The notes under the pieces: generated by a model
Told to the model about the DNA's origin: nothing
Seen by the model: only the letters and a program-made list of their open reading frames with translations
Database searches by the model: none
Translations under genes and position numbers: made by a program
Shown: positions 12,856 through 24,739 of the stretch, piece after piece
How positions within the stretch are numbered: the stretch's first letter is position 1
Layout of the letters: each line of letters opens with the position of its first letter
Assembly (NCBI GenBank): GCA_951804945.1
Contig: OX638154.1
Location: forward strand, 98,518,001 to 98,582,000
Source of the DNA: Podarcis cretensis
Taxonomy: Eukaryota
Direction: 5' to 3'
DNA length: 64,000 nt

Positions 12856-13646
12856 TGGGTGTAGCCAGGGGAGGCAGGGGGGCAGCTGTCGAACCCCAAA
12901 TCAAGTAAGTAAATTTGCACCTAGCCACTATACAGTTTTCAACAAATACTGAAGTTGCACCTCTGACTTTTGACACCTGAGATGTATATTTTTACAACCC
13001 ACCCTAGTTTCTAAGTTGTTAAAATCACCCTGTGAATTTAAGTTGTTTTAGCCCATAATGGGACCTTATGGTGAAGGATATTGAGGTTCACAGCAGCCAT
13101 TTCAAACTGAAGGATTTGCACTTTGGGGATTTGGCACTGGAGATTCGTTTGTAATATTTCAATGTCACTGCTCCTTGTTGTAACTTAATTATTATTATTT
13201 TTTACAATATATACCCTTCAAAGGAACTACACCTCTTACAGTTGGTGGGGATAGGATTGTAGACCAATGCATTTATTACTGTGTAAGCTTTCAGGTTCTA
13301 CGGTCCACTTTATCAGATGCACCTGAAGCTTACATTAGGAAACCTTCCTTACAGCAAATTAATCTGCCCATGTGTGAAAAGCTCCCAGGGAATATTTTGC
13401 CAAAGTTCTTATCACGCAGTAATTGGCACTTGACACACCTTTACTTTTTGGCTTGGTCCTTAATGTGTTTTTCGGATGTTAGAAATTACTGTTTTAAACA
13501 CTGTAGCAAAAGGACATTTATGTTACAAAAAGATCATGTCTTGTACCTGCTGTACAAGTTGTGCCGATCACGTGTCCAAGATTTCCTTAGAGCTTTTAAA
13601 TCTTATATCAAATTGTAAAAAATACATAGCAAAGGATATAAATTAC

Positions 13647-13716
13647 CTGAGTGAATTCAGGCTGCCTGTCTGGCTTGGAACCTTCATCTCGATAGCAGCG
13701 GGCCACTTGGAAGTAC
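13647..13716 (-). CDS. DARS2: DARS2 exon 9 ([23 protein letters not shown], class II motif 2)
   Basis: 70 nt, AG/GT bounded. Confidence 0.96.
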
Positions 13717-14479
13717 CTGCCATTGGAATTGAAGGTCACCACTGTCACCATTCTGCTTACAAAGTATTAATAGCATTTTTTCCAAAGACATTCACCAGCG
13801 GCAGGCAGAAGGAAAGAGCTGCTTGAGTAGTGGCTATGATAACTAGCACAAAGCTAGTGGACACAGAAGAGAAGGAATAATCAGTGGTCAGAGGAAGGAG
13901 GTTTATGCATGGGTATTTTTCATGACTGTTGAACCAGTACTCAGTGCTCCACACACTTTGGCTTGATTATTTGTCAAGTCCTAATTTGGTGTCAGCACTG
14001 ACCTGTCCCCAGAACAATTCCTCTGCACTGCCAAAGAAAGCTGGGGGGAGAGAAGAGAAAAGGAGATTCTCTGCCACACTGCTGAGGTTTGTGTCTCTAC
14101 TGCTGCTTCTGTTGGCCTTACAACTCAGCAGTGCAACTGCTCCACCAACTCAGGAGACAGCGGGGGGGGGGGTCTCACACTGCTATGAGCAGAGGCCCTT
14201 TTGTCCAGGGGTCCTTTACCTTTACCCTTTACCTTGCCAAAAGCACCAGGAGAATGCACTCCTGCTGAGCAGATTTGCAATGGCTTGTCCTCAGGTACTA
14301 GACAATGCCAACTTTATTGTGAACCCTATTCTTCCTATTAGGGTGGTGTCAGTTTCTGTGACAAGTAACTTCTGCTGCCCAACCCGCACCCCACTCTAGG
14401 GAACAGGGTTTCCATTCCCCGATGTAGGAGGAGACACTCGTGTAACATTCCTTTTACCAGAAGGTTCCCAAGAAACTCA

Positions 14480-14593
<114 letters not shown>

Positions 14594-16739
14594 TTAAAAG
14601 AAGGGTAGAACAGCAGGAATTGCAGTGACTTTAAAATTACATAAACTTATACTTCAGATCAATAAGCCACAAAACAGGTCCCCAAATATTTTTTGCCTCC
14701 ACCAAGCTCCCTTTGAAAGATTCAACACCCTCCCACAGCATTTACCTTGGAAATGGAAACCCACTAATGCACTTTGCCCACCAAACCCAAATCATGTCTC
14801 CTGCATGTCACAGTTGTTGCCATGCAGTAACGCTAATTGTCAGTACTAATGTGGGTTCCTAAAACACACCAGAGGCAAATAAACATGTAGTATTTATTTG
14901 CAATGGTCGAGCAGGTTCTTCTTCTGCCCTTAGAACCCAGTTTCACATCTATTGGCACCAAACAATCTGCCCTGATAAACATGTTAACCTTAGTTTCACC
15001 TCCCCCCTTGCAACTCAGGTGGGATGTTCACGTCCTCTTTTCAGAAGCTTACACATATTTACAGTTCACCTTTTTAAAATTAAATAACAAACAATAAACT
15101 AAAACTGTTTTGTGGTGGAGAAGAAATGGGAGACTGGTGATCTCATGGATGCTGTTGCATCTGTGTTCCCTCTAAGTTGTAACACATTCAGCATCAGAAG
15201 GCGACTAGGCTTCTCTGTGATTCAATCTGAAATTTCATGCACACTTGCATGAAGGGGCACTGCATGGCATATGGCTCCACCCGACCCCCATCTACACATT
15301 AGCATGGGGCACCTAAGGCAGGGAACACTATGCGTGTAAGTTTCCCTGGCTCCTGAAACCCTGCACAATCATAGATCCATGGTCTGAAGCACTCCTAGAG
15401 GCTTCCTGGCTTCAGATGACAGTGGGAGCCACACACCATGGGAGTTGAGGCCAGAGGCACAAAACTCCCCCAATCCACTGAATCATCCCTTCACAAAGCA
15501 GGTGTCATGACCCCCCCTGGGATTGAGTGATTGTATTTCTAATCTGCTTTCTACTCAAACAAACCCCAACGTCGCTTGCAAAAATAAATAATAATAACCT
15601 AATGGAACATCACAAGTACAGCAGAAAACATAATTAATAAATATCACCAGTAAAACAATCACAATCTATAAAACAATGCTAAGAAAACCAGCAACTAAAA
15701 AATAACTTAAACGTGATGCAACTTTGTACACACACTGTTCCACCCACCCATCATACAGGAGGCTTCTGATCTAACAGAAATACCTACAATAGAGCTAAGC
15801 TTTAACTTATTAGTTATTAAGTTAAACCCTGTAACTTGTTTTTTTTCAACAAGTGATGTTCAAGACAGTCACCAACAACAGTACGAATACAGCAAAACAG
15901 CTGTCACGGGAATATTGAAGGGAAGGCCCCCCTCAACATGTATTGGACCCTTACATCTATTCTTAAACTATGATGTCCAGTTTTATTCGTGCTATTAGTT
16001 CTATTCCTGCATTGCAAAGGATTGAACTAGATGACTCTTGGGGTCCCCTTTCAACTCTACAATACTATGATTCTTTGCGATTCAATTCCACATCTCCTGG
16101 AGACAAGACTGAAGGTGCAGCTAGCCACTCAGACTGAGTTGTACCTCTGAAAAAGGCTCAGTCTGGGTTTGCTTGTTGTGAAAGCAACACTGGAGCCTGC
16201 TCAGTCTGAGCTTCAGGGTGCTCCTTGCTTTGCCTTGTAAGAATCTGACCTCTAATCTGCTTGTCCTTGCCTTATGGCAACTTCCCCCCAACCTGCTCCC
16301 CTCCAGATGTTTTGGACTACAATTCCTGTCAGCCCCAGCTGGCAGGGTTAATGGTTGGGGATAACGGGGGTTGTACTTCAAAACATCTAGAGGATGTCAG
16401 GCAGGGAATATTGCTTTATGCAAACTGATCCATGTCTTGCCTGAGATTACCTGACCAGAACCTGAACTCAGACTTGCTTGCTTTTTCTTTTCTTCCCTTG
16501 TTAAAACTCAAATTTCTGCTAGCATACCAACGCCCTCCTTCCAGAACTCACCCTCTTTTTCAGAACTCAGGATTGAGAGAAAAAATATTTGTTTTGAGGG
16601 CAGAGACAGTGGCTTCAAATAATATCTGACACTCTGAAAGAGTAATGGCTGTCTTCATCCTCCCACTTTGATGAAAATCCTTTCTGAATCGAACAATTAG
16701 AAACTTTTACAAAGCTATATACACAGAGAAAATACTTAC

Positions 16740-16786
16740 CCCTGGAGTCTTCTTGAATAGTGTTGGCGTTTCCACATCCACAAAGC
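16740..16786 (-). CDS. DARS2: DARS2 exon 7 (FVDVETPTLFKKTPG, class II motif 1)
   Basis: 47 nt, AG/GT bounded. Confidence 0.95.
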
Positions 16787-17041
16787 CTAAAACATATTTC
16801 ATATATCACTTGTTATTGAGTAAAAGGAGAAAAGAAAAGGGATTACTAAATTGCTGTTATGAGTTAGAAACAAAGGAAGTTGCCTGATACCAGGTCAGAC
16901 CACTGGTCCATCTACTGTCAACAGTACTGTCAGTTTCATGCAGGGCATATTCCCAGGCCTGACAAGGAAGAGTCAGAGAGCCAAAGCGGGCACTCTACCA
17001 CTGAGCTAGACCCTCTCTCCACTTCTCTGCACTTCTCTCAC

Positions 17042-17165
17042 CATGACGATTGCAGAGGTATTCCCGCATTCTCATCACCACCTGGGACCTCATTCGTAGG
17101 TTGTACTGCATCTGGGCGCTCCGCAGGTCCAAATAGCGATACTGCATTCGCAAGGCCTCGGTTTT
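17042..17165 (-). CDS. DARS2: DARS2 exon 6 ([28 protein letters not shown]...)
   Basis: 124 nt, carries the RYLDLR signature of AspRS. Confidence 0.96.
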
Positions 17166-17329
17166 CTGAGAAGGGGAAGGGGTTGTAGGTCAGAAGAAAA
17201 AACAAGTAAGTGCATGAATGGGAAGCCTATGGGGGGAAAGGAAATTAAAAAGAAATTAGGAAACATCCACATCACATAGCTAAATGGCAACAAATTAGTG
17301 CTTTTCTTCACAGCAAAATGGTTCAGACC

Positions 17330-18250
17330 TCTCCCATATGTAATTTTTCCCATTTTGAAAAATTAATTCTTATTTTTTCACACTATTCAAAAGGTATAAT
17401 CTCAAATATTTATAAAATTTTGCTCAAATATGAACCCAGACACCAAACGGGTTTAAGAATGTCCTGGAACATTGAGTTAGAATGTGACATAACTGAAAAT
17501 ACTTAGCCATGTGGGAAAAAAAAATCTTCTCATAATGTATCAGCTAAACATAAAGAACTGTCATTAACTGGTGGAGGAAGACTGGAAGAAATTCAAGGAC
17601 TATCTACAAAAATATTGTAAATTGTATGATTGTTAAGAAAGATGTAAGATTAGCAAAAACATGGCTTCAACAAACTAGTTATAAAAAATATAAATTTAAA
17701 TCTAATTGGAAGATGAAAAGATAAATTTTGGACAAGTAACATTTTATAATTAAGTTTCGATAAGAGTATGTTAAATCTTAAAATTTGAGATATTAATATT
17801 GAAAAATTATATTATATGAATTAAATTAAGTTAATAATTTGCTGGTAAAATTTATGAGTTTAGAAAGCAGGAACAAGGGTTGTGAGAAAGTCCAAAGATG
17901 AATATGAAATGTGGAATTTGGGAAAAGATTGTGTTATTACCTATGTATTTTATTGTTAAACTAAAATTTAATAAATATTATAAAAAAAATAAAATAAAGT
18001 TGATTCATAAGCGGTACAAGACTCCTAGAAGACTCTTGTATATAAATTCATCTCCACTTCTAAGGTGGTGGAGGGGATGTTCAGAAATTGGATCGTATCT
18101 CTTCCTACGGTGCAGCTGTACTGGAGTTCAAGAAATCTGGGCAACATTATACAGAGACACTGATAAGATCTTAAACGGACGTATTACCCCAACTTTTCAA
18201 TTAGCCTTTTTATATATACGTGATGAGGATAATCAAATTTTGCATAATAT
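17330..18250 (+). mobile_element. Old L1 ORF2 C-terminal fragment split by a younger L1 3' end
   Basis: KGIISNIYKILL...W..EL lies left of the insert. KLIHKRYKTPRRL...WRGCSEIG...C...IW (decayed CCHC region) lies right of it. Confidence 0.7.
17569..17995 (+). mobile_element. 5'-truncated L1 related to the full-length element
   Basis: Encodes VEEDWKKFKDYLQKYCKLYDC*, compared with VEEDWKKFKAYLKNCYNIDEC* at the end of ORF2. AATAAA and A-tail present. Confidence 0.88.
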
Positions 18251-18704
18251 TTTGGTTTTGGGGGTCGAACATGCACAGAAGCGCTGAATCGCAACCCGTG
18301 CATGCGCAGACGTGCCACTGTGGGTTGCGAATGTGCACCCCGCACAGAAAACGTTCGCAACCCGAGCGTCCACTGTAGTGATGGAGCCTCTTGAATTTCA
18401 GTAAGGAAGGCATTCCACCACATGATCATAAGGTCATGGAAGTATTTCTGAAGCCTGATAATCATTCTCACATATTTCCTTTGCTCTCCAGCCGTCGCTA
18501 ATCGTTCTTTTCAGTTGAAGACAAATTATGGAACATTTCCCCAAAGCTGTTAATTGGAACTGTACATCATCAACACACACTTCTTCCCAAACCTTCTTTC
18601 TACAAGATTGGACAGGAGGAAGGTGGGAAGAACAAGGTCACCCAAGAATTTCAAATATGCTTTGTACCAAACAGCCAACCACACAGAAATAAAGAGAAAA
18701 TCAC

Positions 18705-18800
18705 CTTGGCAAAGTCTTTTATTTCAAAAGGAAGTTTCTTACAGGAGTTCAGGATCTCTACTGTTTTCACCTTAACTTCAATATCACCTGTAGGCAATCT
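18705..18800 (-). CDS. DARS2: DARS2 exon 5 ([32 protein letters not shown])
   Basis: 96 nt, AG/GT bounded. Confidence 0.95.
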
Positions 18801-19267
18801 CTAAAAATGAACAAGAAAGAGAAAAATAATCACCACTATTTTTACATACATCCCTGAGATGATGGACCAATAGCTATCTGCGATTGTGCTATACTTTATT
18901 ATTTTACTGGAATGTTTTTTATTTTTTGTCTCATTAAGCCTATCCAATGGAAAGACAAACTTCTCTTCTCCATTTTGAAGATGGAGGCTTGCCTGGGCTT
19001 AAACCACCCGGCCAGCACAGAGACAAGCCAATAGGCCTCACTTCCTGCAGTTCAGCTGGACGAGAAAGGCCAAGGCAGGCTTCAAGCTCCCAGTCACCAC
19101 TGGGCCAGATTCAACTAATTAATCCCACTAGCAGAAGCCAACACAAAAACTTCTGCTAGCACAACAGAGCTCCCTGCCTCATGTGGGGGATGTTGGGTGA
19201 ACCCCCAAAAGAGCATGCGGAAGAGAATAGCTGAAATCCTTGCGTTGACAGAACATTCACTTTAGAA

Positions 19268-20059
19268 CAGTGTTTCCCAAAGTGGGTGATGCCACCCCCA
19301 GGTGGTGGGGAGCGCTGGAATGATCCAGGGGAGTGGTAGTAGCCTTGGGTGCAATTGGGGGGGCATTGAATAAAACTAAGGGGACAGTGGAAGCATAAAG
19401 AAAGAAGAAAATTTTGAAAAACCGTTCCTACATGTTTTATTGGTAGTGTAATGATGTGATGCTTACTGCCAGGTCGGGTGCCGTTGGGGGACAGCGATGC
19501 CACCCCTGGATCTGATGCTGGAGGTGAGGGGTTTTCCCGGGCTTAAGTGAACCCTTTTTGGCTTCACCCAGACCCAGAAAGTGGATCACAGCTTGCCTCT
19601 CTATTTGGCCAGTGGCAAGCAAATCAGTTAACTAAAAAAACAAATTGACTACAAATAACTAATCACAGTGATATAAGAATGCTGCTGACAAAAATTAGAA
19701 CCAAACATTAATAAATTGATAGCAGCACACCAGGTTCATCCTTCTCATTAGGATTATTTTTAATGTTATACATAATTTTTTAAAAATATTATCCTTCATT
19801 ATCTTAATTTTCTGTAATGTGAATGTTACTACGGTTGATTATAATAAAATAATAATAATTTCAAGCCTCAAGGTGTTTTATTTACATCTTTCTTTACTAT
19901 GTTGTAGGGTGTGGGTAGAAATATAGATACAGTATATAAAAGAACACAAATTTGTCACTGCAACTTTCTGTTCACTTAAAGAAGGTAGATTTCCAGGGGG
20001 CAATGAGTATTTTTTTGCTGAAAAGGGGGTGGTAGGCCAAATAAATTTGGGAACTTTTG
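19268..20059. mobile_element. Non-autonomous hAT element
   Basis: 8-bp TSD CTTTAGAA at 19260-19267 and 20060-20067. TIRs CAGTGTTTCCCAAA / TTTGGGAACTTTTG. Confidence 0.8.
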
Positions 20060-20727
20060 CTTTAGAATGACAATTAATTCTTCCTCCTGTCTCCTCCCCA
20101 CTGGGGGTGGGAAGCGAAGGCAGAAATTGGTTTTAGCAGGAAAAACTAACCCTAGCCACTTTGGCCCTACATGGCTTATTTTAAGCATTATTATTAATCA
20201 TTTCTATAGTGCCATCAAGGTGCAAGGCACAGTGCGCAGGATCCGAAGGCAGGTCTCTGTGCCAAGGAACTTACAATCTAAAATGCAACATGTGGGAAAC
20301 AGAGAAAGGGGAGGGAAGCAGAAGTTGGCATGGAAAAAATATGTGACTGTTTCAGCTGCATGTGATAAGCTGAGCTGCAGGCAGATACGGGAGCCAGGGG
20401 ACTAAGCCAAGCAAAGGTCATAGGAAAGGTGGGTTTCGATGAAAGATCTGAAGGAAGGTTGGGATGAAGGTCACACAGAAGCAAAGATCCGCCAGCCTTC
20501 CTCTCAACCTTGTTGTTGTCGTTGAGGGAATGGGGGTTGCTATGTAACTGCCAGGGCAATCCTTGCCCACCTCTGCAAATACTGTTCATCACACTGACCA
20601 GATAATGGCACTGACACTTGCTGGGGCAAGTGGAAATGGGGCAGCCTACTTTTTAGCAAGCAAGACCAGAAACCTCTGCCTTTAGGTGAGGCTGAAGTCA
20701 GGAGGTTACAGCCCTTTATTATCAAAT

Positions 20728-21761
20728 TAGGGCTGGCCGATATAAGCTTTTCAATATCACAGTGCATCACCAGCCCAACATCACAGTTTTGCAATATACT
20801 GTTGAAAAAACCAGCTGCATTGGCCTCTGCCTGCAAAGCACCTGGTGAAACTGCCTCAGCTCTCACCCGGAGAACTGAGGCGGTTTCACCCAGGCGCTCA
20901 CTGGCTGGGACAACGCAGGTTCCCCCTCTCCAGCTGAGACAGTGCGAGTGGACAGAGCATCGTGGCTCCTTTAACTGCTCGCTGCGGGGAGTACCAAGCG
21001 CGAACTGGAGGAGGAAAGGGGGGTGGGGGGAGCACGCCACCCTCGGCACCATCAGGGAGGGGGGTACCATTGCGGCCGCCACCCCCCAGCCACACGCTGC
21101 GTACCTCCCTACTGTGCCGGGCGCCACGCCCCCAGGACGCCCGCCACACCCCCGCCTGCTTTCCGCCCCCAGTGTCAGAGCGCGCAGCTTCGCCACTGCA
21201 AGCACGATCACCCTCAGCCAAGCAGTTTCAAGGACCCCCCACCTCGCCACTGGCTCACGGAAGCCAGCGCTGGGCTGAGGGCTCCTTTTTAACTGCTCGG
21301 CTGAGGTAAGGACAGCTTCACATTCCTCAGTCGAGTAGTTTAAAGATGCAGAGGGAGGAAGAAGCTGTATCGGCGCATCGTATGAGGGCAGAGTGTGATG
21401 GCAGTTTCAAACAGCAATATATTTCACTCACTGCTCCTGAGTCCCTCTGGTAGCAGTGCCGCTGGAGGAAGGAACTCTAGCAGACACTACTAGCCAGTGC
21501 TTTTTTTCTGGGGGATGCAAGGCACACATACCCCTAAACATTTTGTGAATCTAAGTTTGGCCTCATTGAGGGGCAGTATTTCAATAGGAGTAGAAAAACG
21601 AGAGTACCACTAAACATTTTTTTAAAAAAAGCACTGCTGCTAGCAGAGGTACTCAGGAGCTGTGGCAGTTTCACCAGCGATCTACCGAGGAGTGAAGCTG
21701 ACGTCACGGTCTGCTCCTCATACCGATCCTGGGCGATATATCAATATATTGGCCAGGCCTT
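20728..21761. mobile_element. Non-autonomous hAT element with nested inserts
   Basis: 8-bp TSD TATCAAAT at 20720-20727 and 21762-21769. TIRs TAGGGCTGGCCGATATA / TATATTGGCCAGGCCTT. Confidence 0.8.
21495..21636. mobile_element. hAT MITE nested in the previous element
   Basis: TIRs CAGTGCTTTTTTT / AAAAAAAGCACTG, TSD CTACTAGC / CTGCTAGC. Confidence 0.82.
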
Positions 21762-21942
21762 TATCAAATATCATAGCAGTAAGTGGCAAAGCAATACAAA
21801 TCCAGACCCACACTTCCCAAACCCAAACACTGTGTCACATGTGAGGAGACATTTCAGCTTTCGGGAAACAGTTTGCAGTGTCTTGAAGTGGCCAAGTTAC
21901 ACTGAGATAAAATTAGAGGGAGATTCTCCTTAAAGTACTCAC

Positions 21943-22044
21943 GGGGTTTGTCTGTCCTGGAGGCCGGGGGACAACAGTTCCAGTCAGCCTCACTACAGAT
22001 TCAACTGGAGTGTCATACAAGATCTTCCTCAAATGGGAAGCTGC
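21943..22044 (-). CDS. DARS2: DARS2 exon 4 (AASHLRKILYDTPVESVVRLTGTVVPRPPGQTNP)
   Basis: 102 nt, AG/GT bounded, carries the ESVV..TG.V..RP motif. Confidence 0.95.
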
Positions 22045-22659
22045 CTGCAGAAAGATGGAAACAACACATAAGATTGCACAGGTACAACGTTTAGGAGCAC
22101 GGATTTAGAACTGATGAGCTACCTTAGTAGTGGCCAATTTCAGTACTGCAGTCTAATATTAGGCTTCTCTGCCAAAGCAGAATTTGCACAGCCCACAAAT
22201 TCACAAGCAAGAATGAATTATCCTGCTGATGAATTCTATATTAAGATTATAAGAAGTGATTTGCTGAATCAGATCAAATCCCACCTAGTCCAGCACTCCT
22301 TTCTAGAATCCTGGGCAGTAAGCATAGAGCTGGTTCGTAGTTTCTGCGGGTGCTTAGCCTGCATAAATGACCCCCTTTTATCCTACTTGAAATGAGAAGA
22401 AAAAGGCAGGCAGGCAGGCGAGATAAACAGCAGACTGTGATTTCTACCTTTAAACAAGTCACATTCAGCTTCTGCTCTTCCTTTACCTTACTGCTAAGCT
22501 CACTTCCCTGCATTATCCTTGTAGGCCAGCGGTTCCCAACTCCCCTGATCCCAGACCACTTGAAAGTTGCTGAGGGCCTTGCTGAGATCATCAGATGGTT
22601 TTTCTGCCTGCCGTAGCATTTGTAATACACTGTGCTAGATGTTGTACGATTTTTAATTG

Positions 22660-22878
22660 TACAGTGGTACCTCACGTTACAGACGCTTCAGGTTACAGAC
22701 TCCGTTAACCCAGAAATATTACCTCGGGTTAAGAACTTTGCTTCAGGATAAGAACAGAAATTGTGCTCTGGCAGCGGGAGGCCCCATTAGCTAAAGTGGT
22801 GCTTCAGGTTAAGAACAGTTTCAGGTTAAGAACGGACCTCCAGAATGAATTAAGTACGTAACCCGAGGTACCACTGTA
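22660..22878. mobile_element. Tc1/mariner-type MITE
   Basis: TA-CAGTGGTACCTC...GAGGTACCACTG-TA. Confidence 0.88.
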
Positions 22879-22902
22879 TTTTATTGCTTCTTTTAATGCT
22901 TA

Positions 22903-23350
22903 TACAGTGGTGCCCCGCAAGACGAATGTCTCGCAAGACGGAAAACCCGCTAGACTAAAGGGTTTTCCGTTTTGGAGGTGCTTCGCAAAACGAATTTCCT
23001 ATGGGCTTGCTTCGCAAGACGAAAATGTCTTGCGAGTTCCTGCGGGTTTCTTTTCCTTCCCCCCCTTTTTCTAAGCCACTAAGCCGCTTATCAGCTGATC
23101 CGCTAAGCCGCTAAACAGCTGATCCGCTAAGCCGCTTATCAGCTGATCCGCTAAGCCGCTAAACAGCTGATCCGCTAAGCTGCTTATCAGCTGATCCGCT
23201 AAGCCGCTAAGCTGCTTATCAGCTGATCCGATAAGCCCCTAAGCCGCTAATAGCGCTAATCCGCTAATGGCTTGCTTCGCAAGATGAAAAAACCGCAAGA
23301 CGAAGAGACTCGCGGAACGGATTCTTTTCGTCTTGCGAGACACCACTGTA
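22903..23350. mobile_element. Tc1/mariner-type MITE carrying a minisatellite
   Basis: TA-CAGTGGTG...CACCACTG-TA. Confidence 0.88.
23071..23268. repeat. Minisatellite, 24-bp unit CTAAGCCGCT(TATC/AAAC)AGCTGATCCG
   Basis: About 6 units plus partial CTAAGCCG subunits, directly visible. Confidence 0.9.
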
Positions 23351-23775
23351 CATTTCATAGAATTCGAACTGTAACACAATATAATATACAAATAAAAAAC
23401 AATACAAGAATCCCAAAGCCCTTTTCAGGCACTGTTTATGTGTTTAAGTGTATTCATAACACCAATAAGGGCACCAATGATAATACTTTTCTTTTAAAAT
23501 GAGCACAGAATATAAGCAAAAATAACCTACTTATGATTGTATATTCATTGATAAATCTTGTGTGTAGTCACACAGAATGAACATCTATATGTCGTATGTC
23601 CACTTGTAAATGATCAGAAGTAGTTATGGGAAATCAAGTTTGCTGTTACATATTCAGAATCACAATGCCTGCAATGTGTTATGTTTGAATAATTGCAATG
23701 CTTGGTGGGCAACATGACAGACGACAATAAATCATTTCACCAGTGCAACTGCAGAAGCAAGCCTTGATAGCTCAC

Positions 23776-23842
23776 CTCATCCTGAGGTATGATAATCTGG
23801 GTGAGTCCTTGGAAGTCTCTCAAAACCACAAACTGCTGCTGT
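23776..23842 (-). CDS. DARS2: DARS2 exon 3 (QQQFVVLRDFQGLTQIIIPQDE)
   Basis: 67 nt, AG/GT bounded, carries the F..LRD..G..Q motif. Confidence 0.95.
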
Positions 23843-24452
23843 CTAATCACAGGAGACACAAACAGAAATGTTTATAACACTTCAGGTAAAACCTCTACAT
23901 TAGAGAAAGTTTAAATGAGGTCAGTTTACATATGCAGATAAATAATATAATACAGAGTTCCTGAGGGTACTACTTCATGCTCATGTCTAAGAGAAAAGAA
24001 ATCTCTGCATATTGAACTTCAGAAAATCAGGGGAAAGGCTATGCTAGGACCTTCTCCCAAAGAGTGAGTCCCAAACATGCTATATCCCACAAGCACAGTC
24101 TCCTCTTTCAGAACTGACCATTCAAGTTGGAGTGAAACCACTAGCAACCAAATCAGACTGCTGTAGGAACAAAAAGGATATTGAAAGCCATCAAGAGATC
24201 AAGTAGAATCAGCAGAAATGGGTCCAGAAAATCAGTTTCCTCCAACAGTGCTTGGCTAAGGTTAACAATGTGGGAACTGGTACTTAAGTCTCATCTATTT
24301 AGAACACTTCAATAATTTTTTTCAGTTCACAGAAGAGATACTAGAATAGATGGACCCTAATTTTGACTCTGGAAAGCAATTCTAATGCTGTTGGCCAACT
24401 TAAGGTTTGCCATAACACCTTCAATCTAACAATCCTGGATGCTTTTATTTAC

Positions 24453-24552
24453 CTCTGATATTGAATCCATCCACACAGGGTGACCTCCTGACCTACATGA
24501 GCAGAGCGCAATTCCCCACAAGTTTTGGTCCGGGAAACAAAACTATTGACAT
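24453..24552 (-). CDS. DARS2: DARS2 exon 2 ([33 protein letters not shown])
   Basis: AG/GT bounded, 100 nt. N-terminus of the OB-fold anticodon-binding domain. Confidence 0.95.
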
Positions 24553-24739
24553 CTTGTATAGAGAAAAAAACAATTATATTTAATTACATTCATAAGAAAG
24601 GTAATACATTTTCAACACAGTATAACATATCATCAAAACAAATTATAGAGATGTCAGTTATGGGCATGAATATTAAAAGCGCAATCCTATATATGTCTAC
24701 TCAAAAGTAAGTTCCAGTGAGTTCAATAAGGCTTACTAG

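Noticed and set aside
13929-14399. 156-aa ORF antisense to DARS2
   Set aside because: Intronic, with no homology cues or splice support, so likely chance.
20540-21309. Overlapping ORFs of 89-236 aa
   Set aside because: They arise from GC-rich nested transposon sequence, have no recognisable domain and occur in several frames.
23071-23268. CRISPR-like repeat array
   Set aside because: The units are contiguous with no unique spacers, lie inside a MITE in eukaryotic DNA, and have no cas genes nearby.
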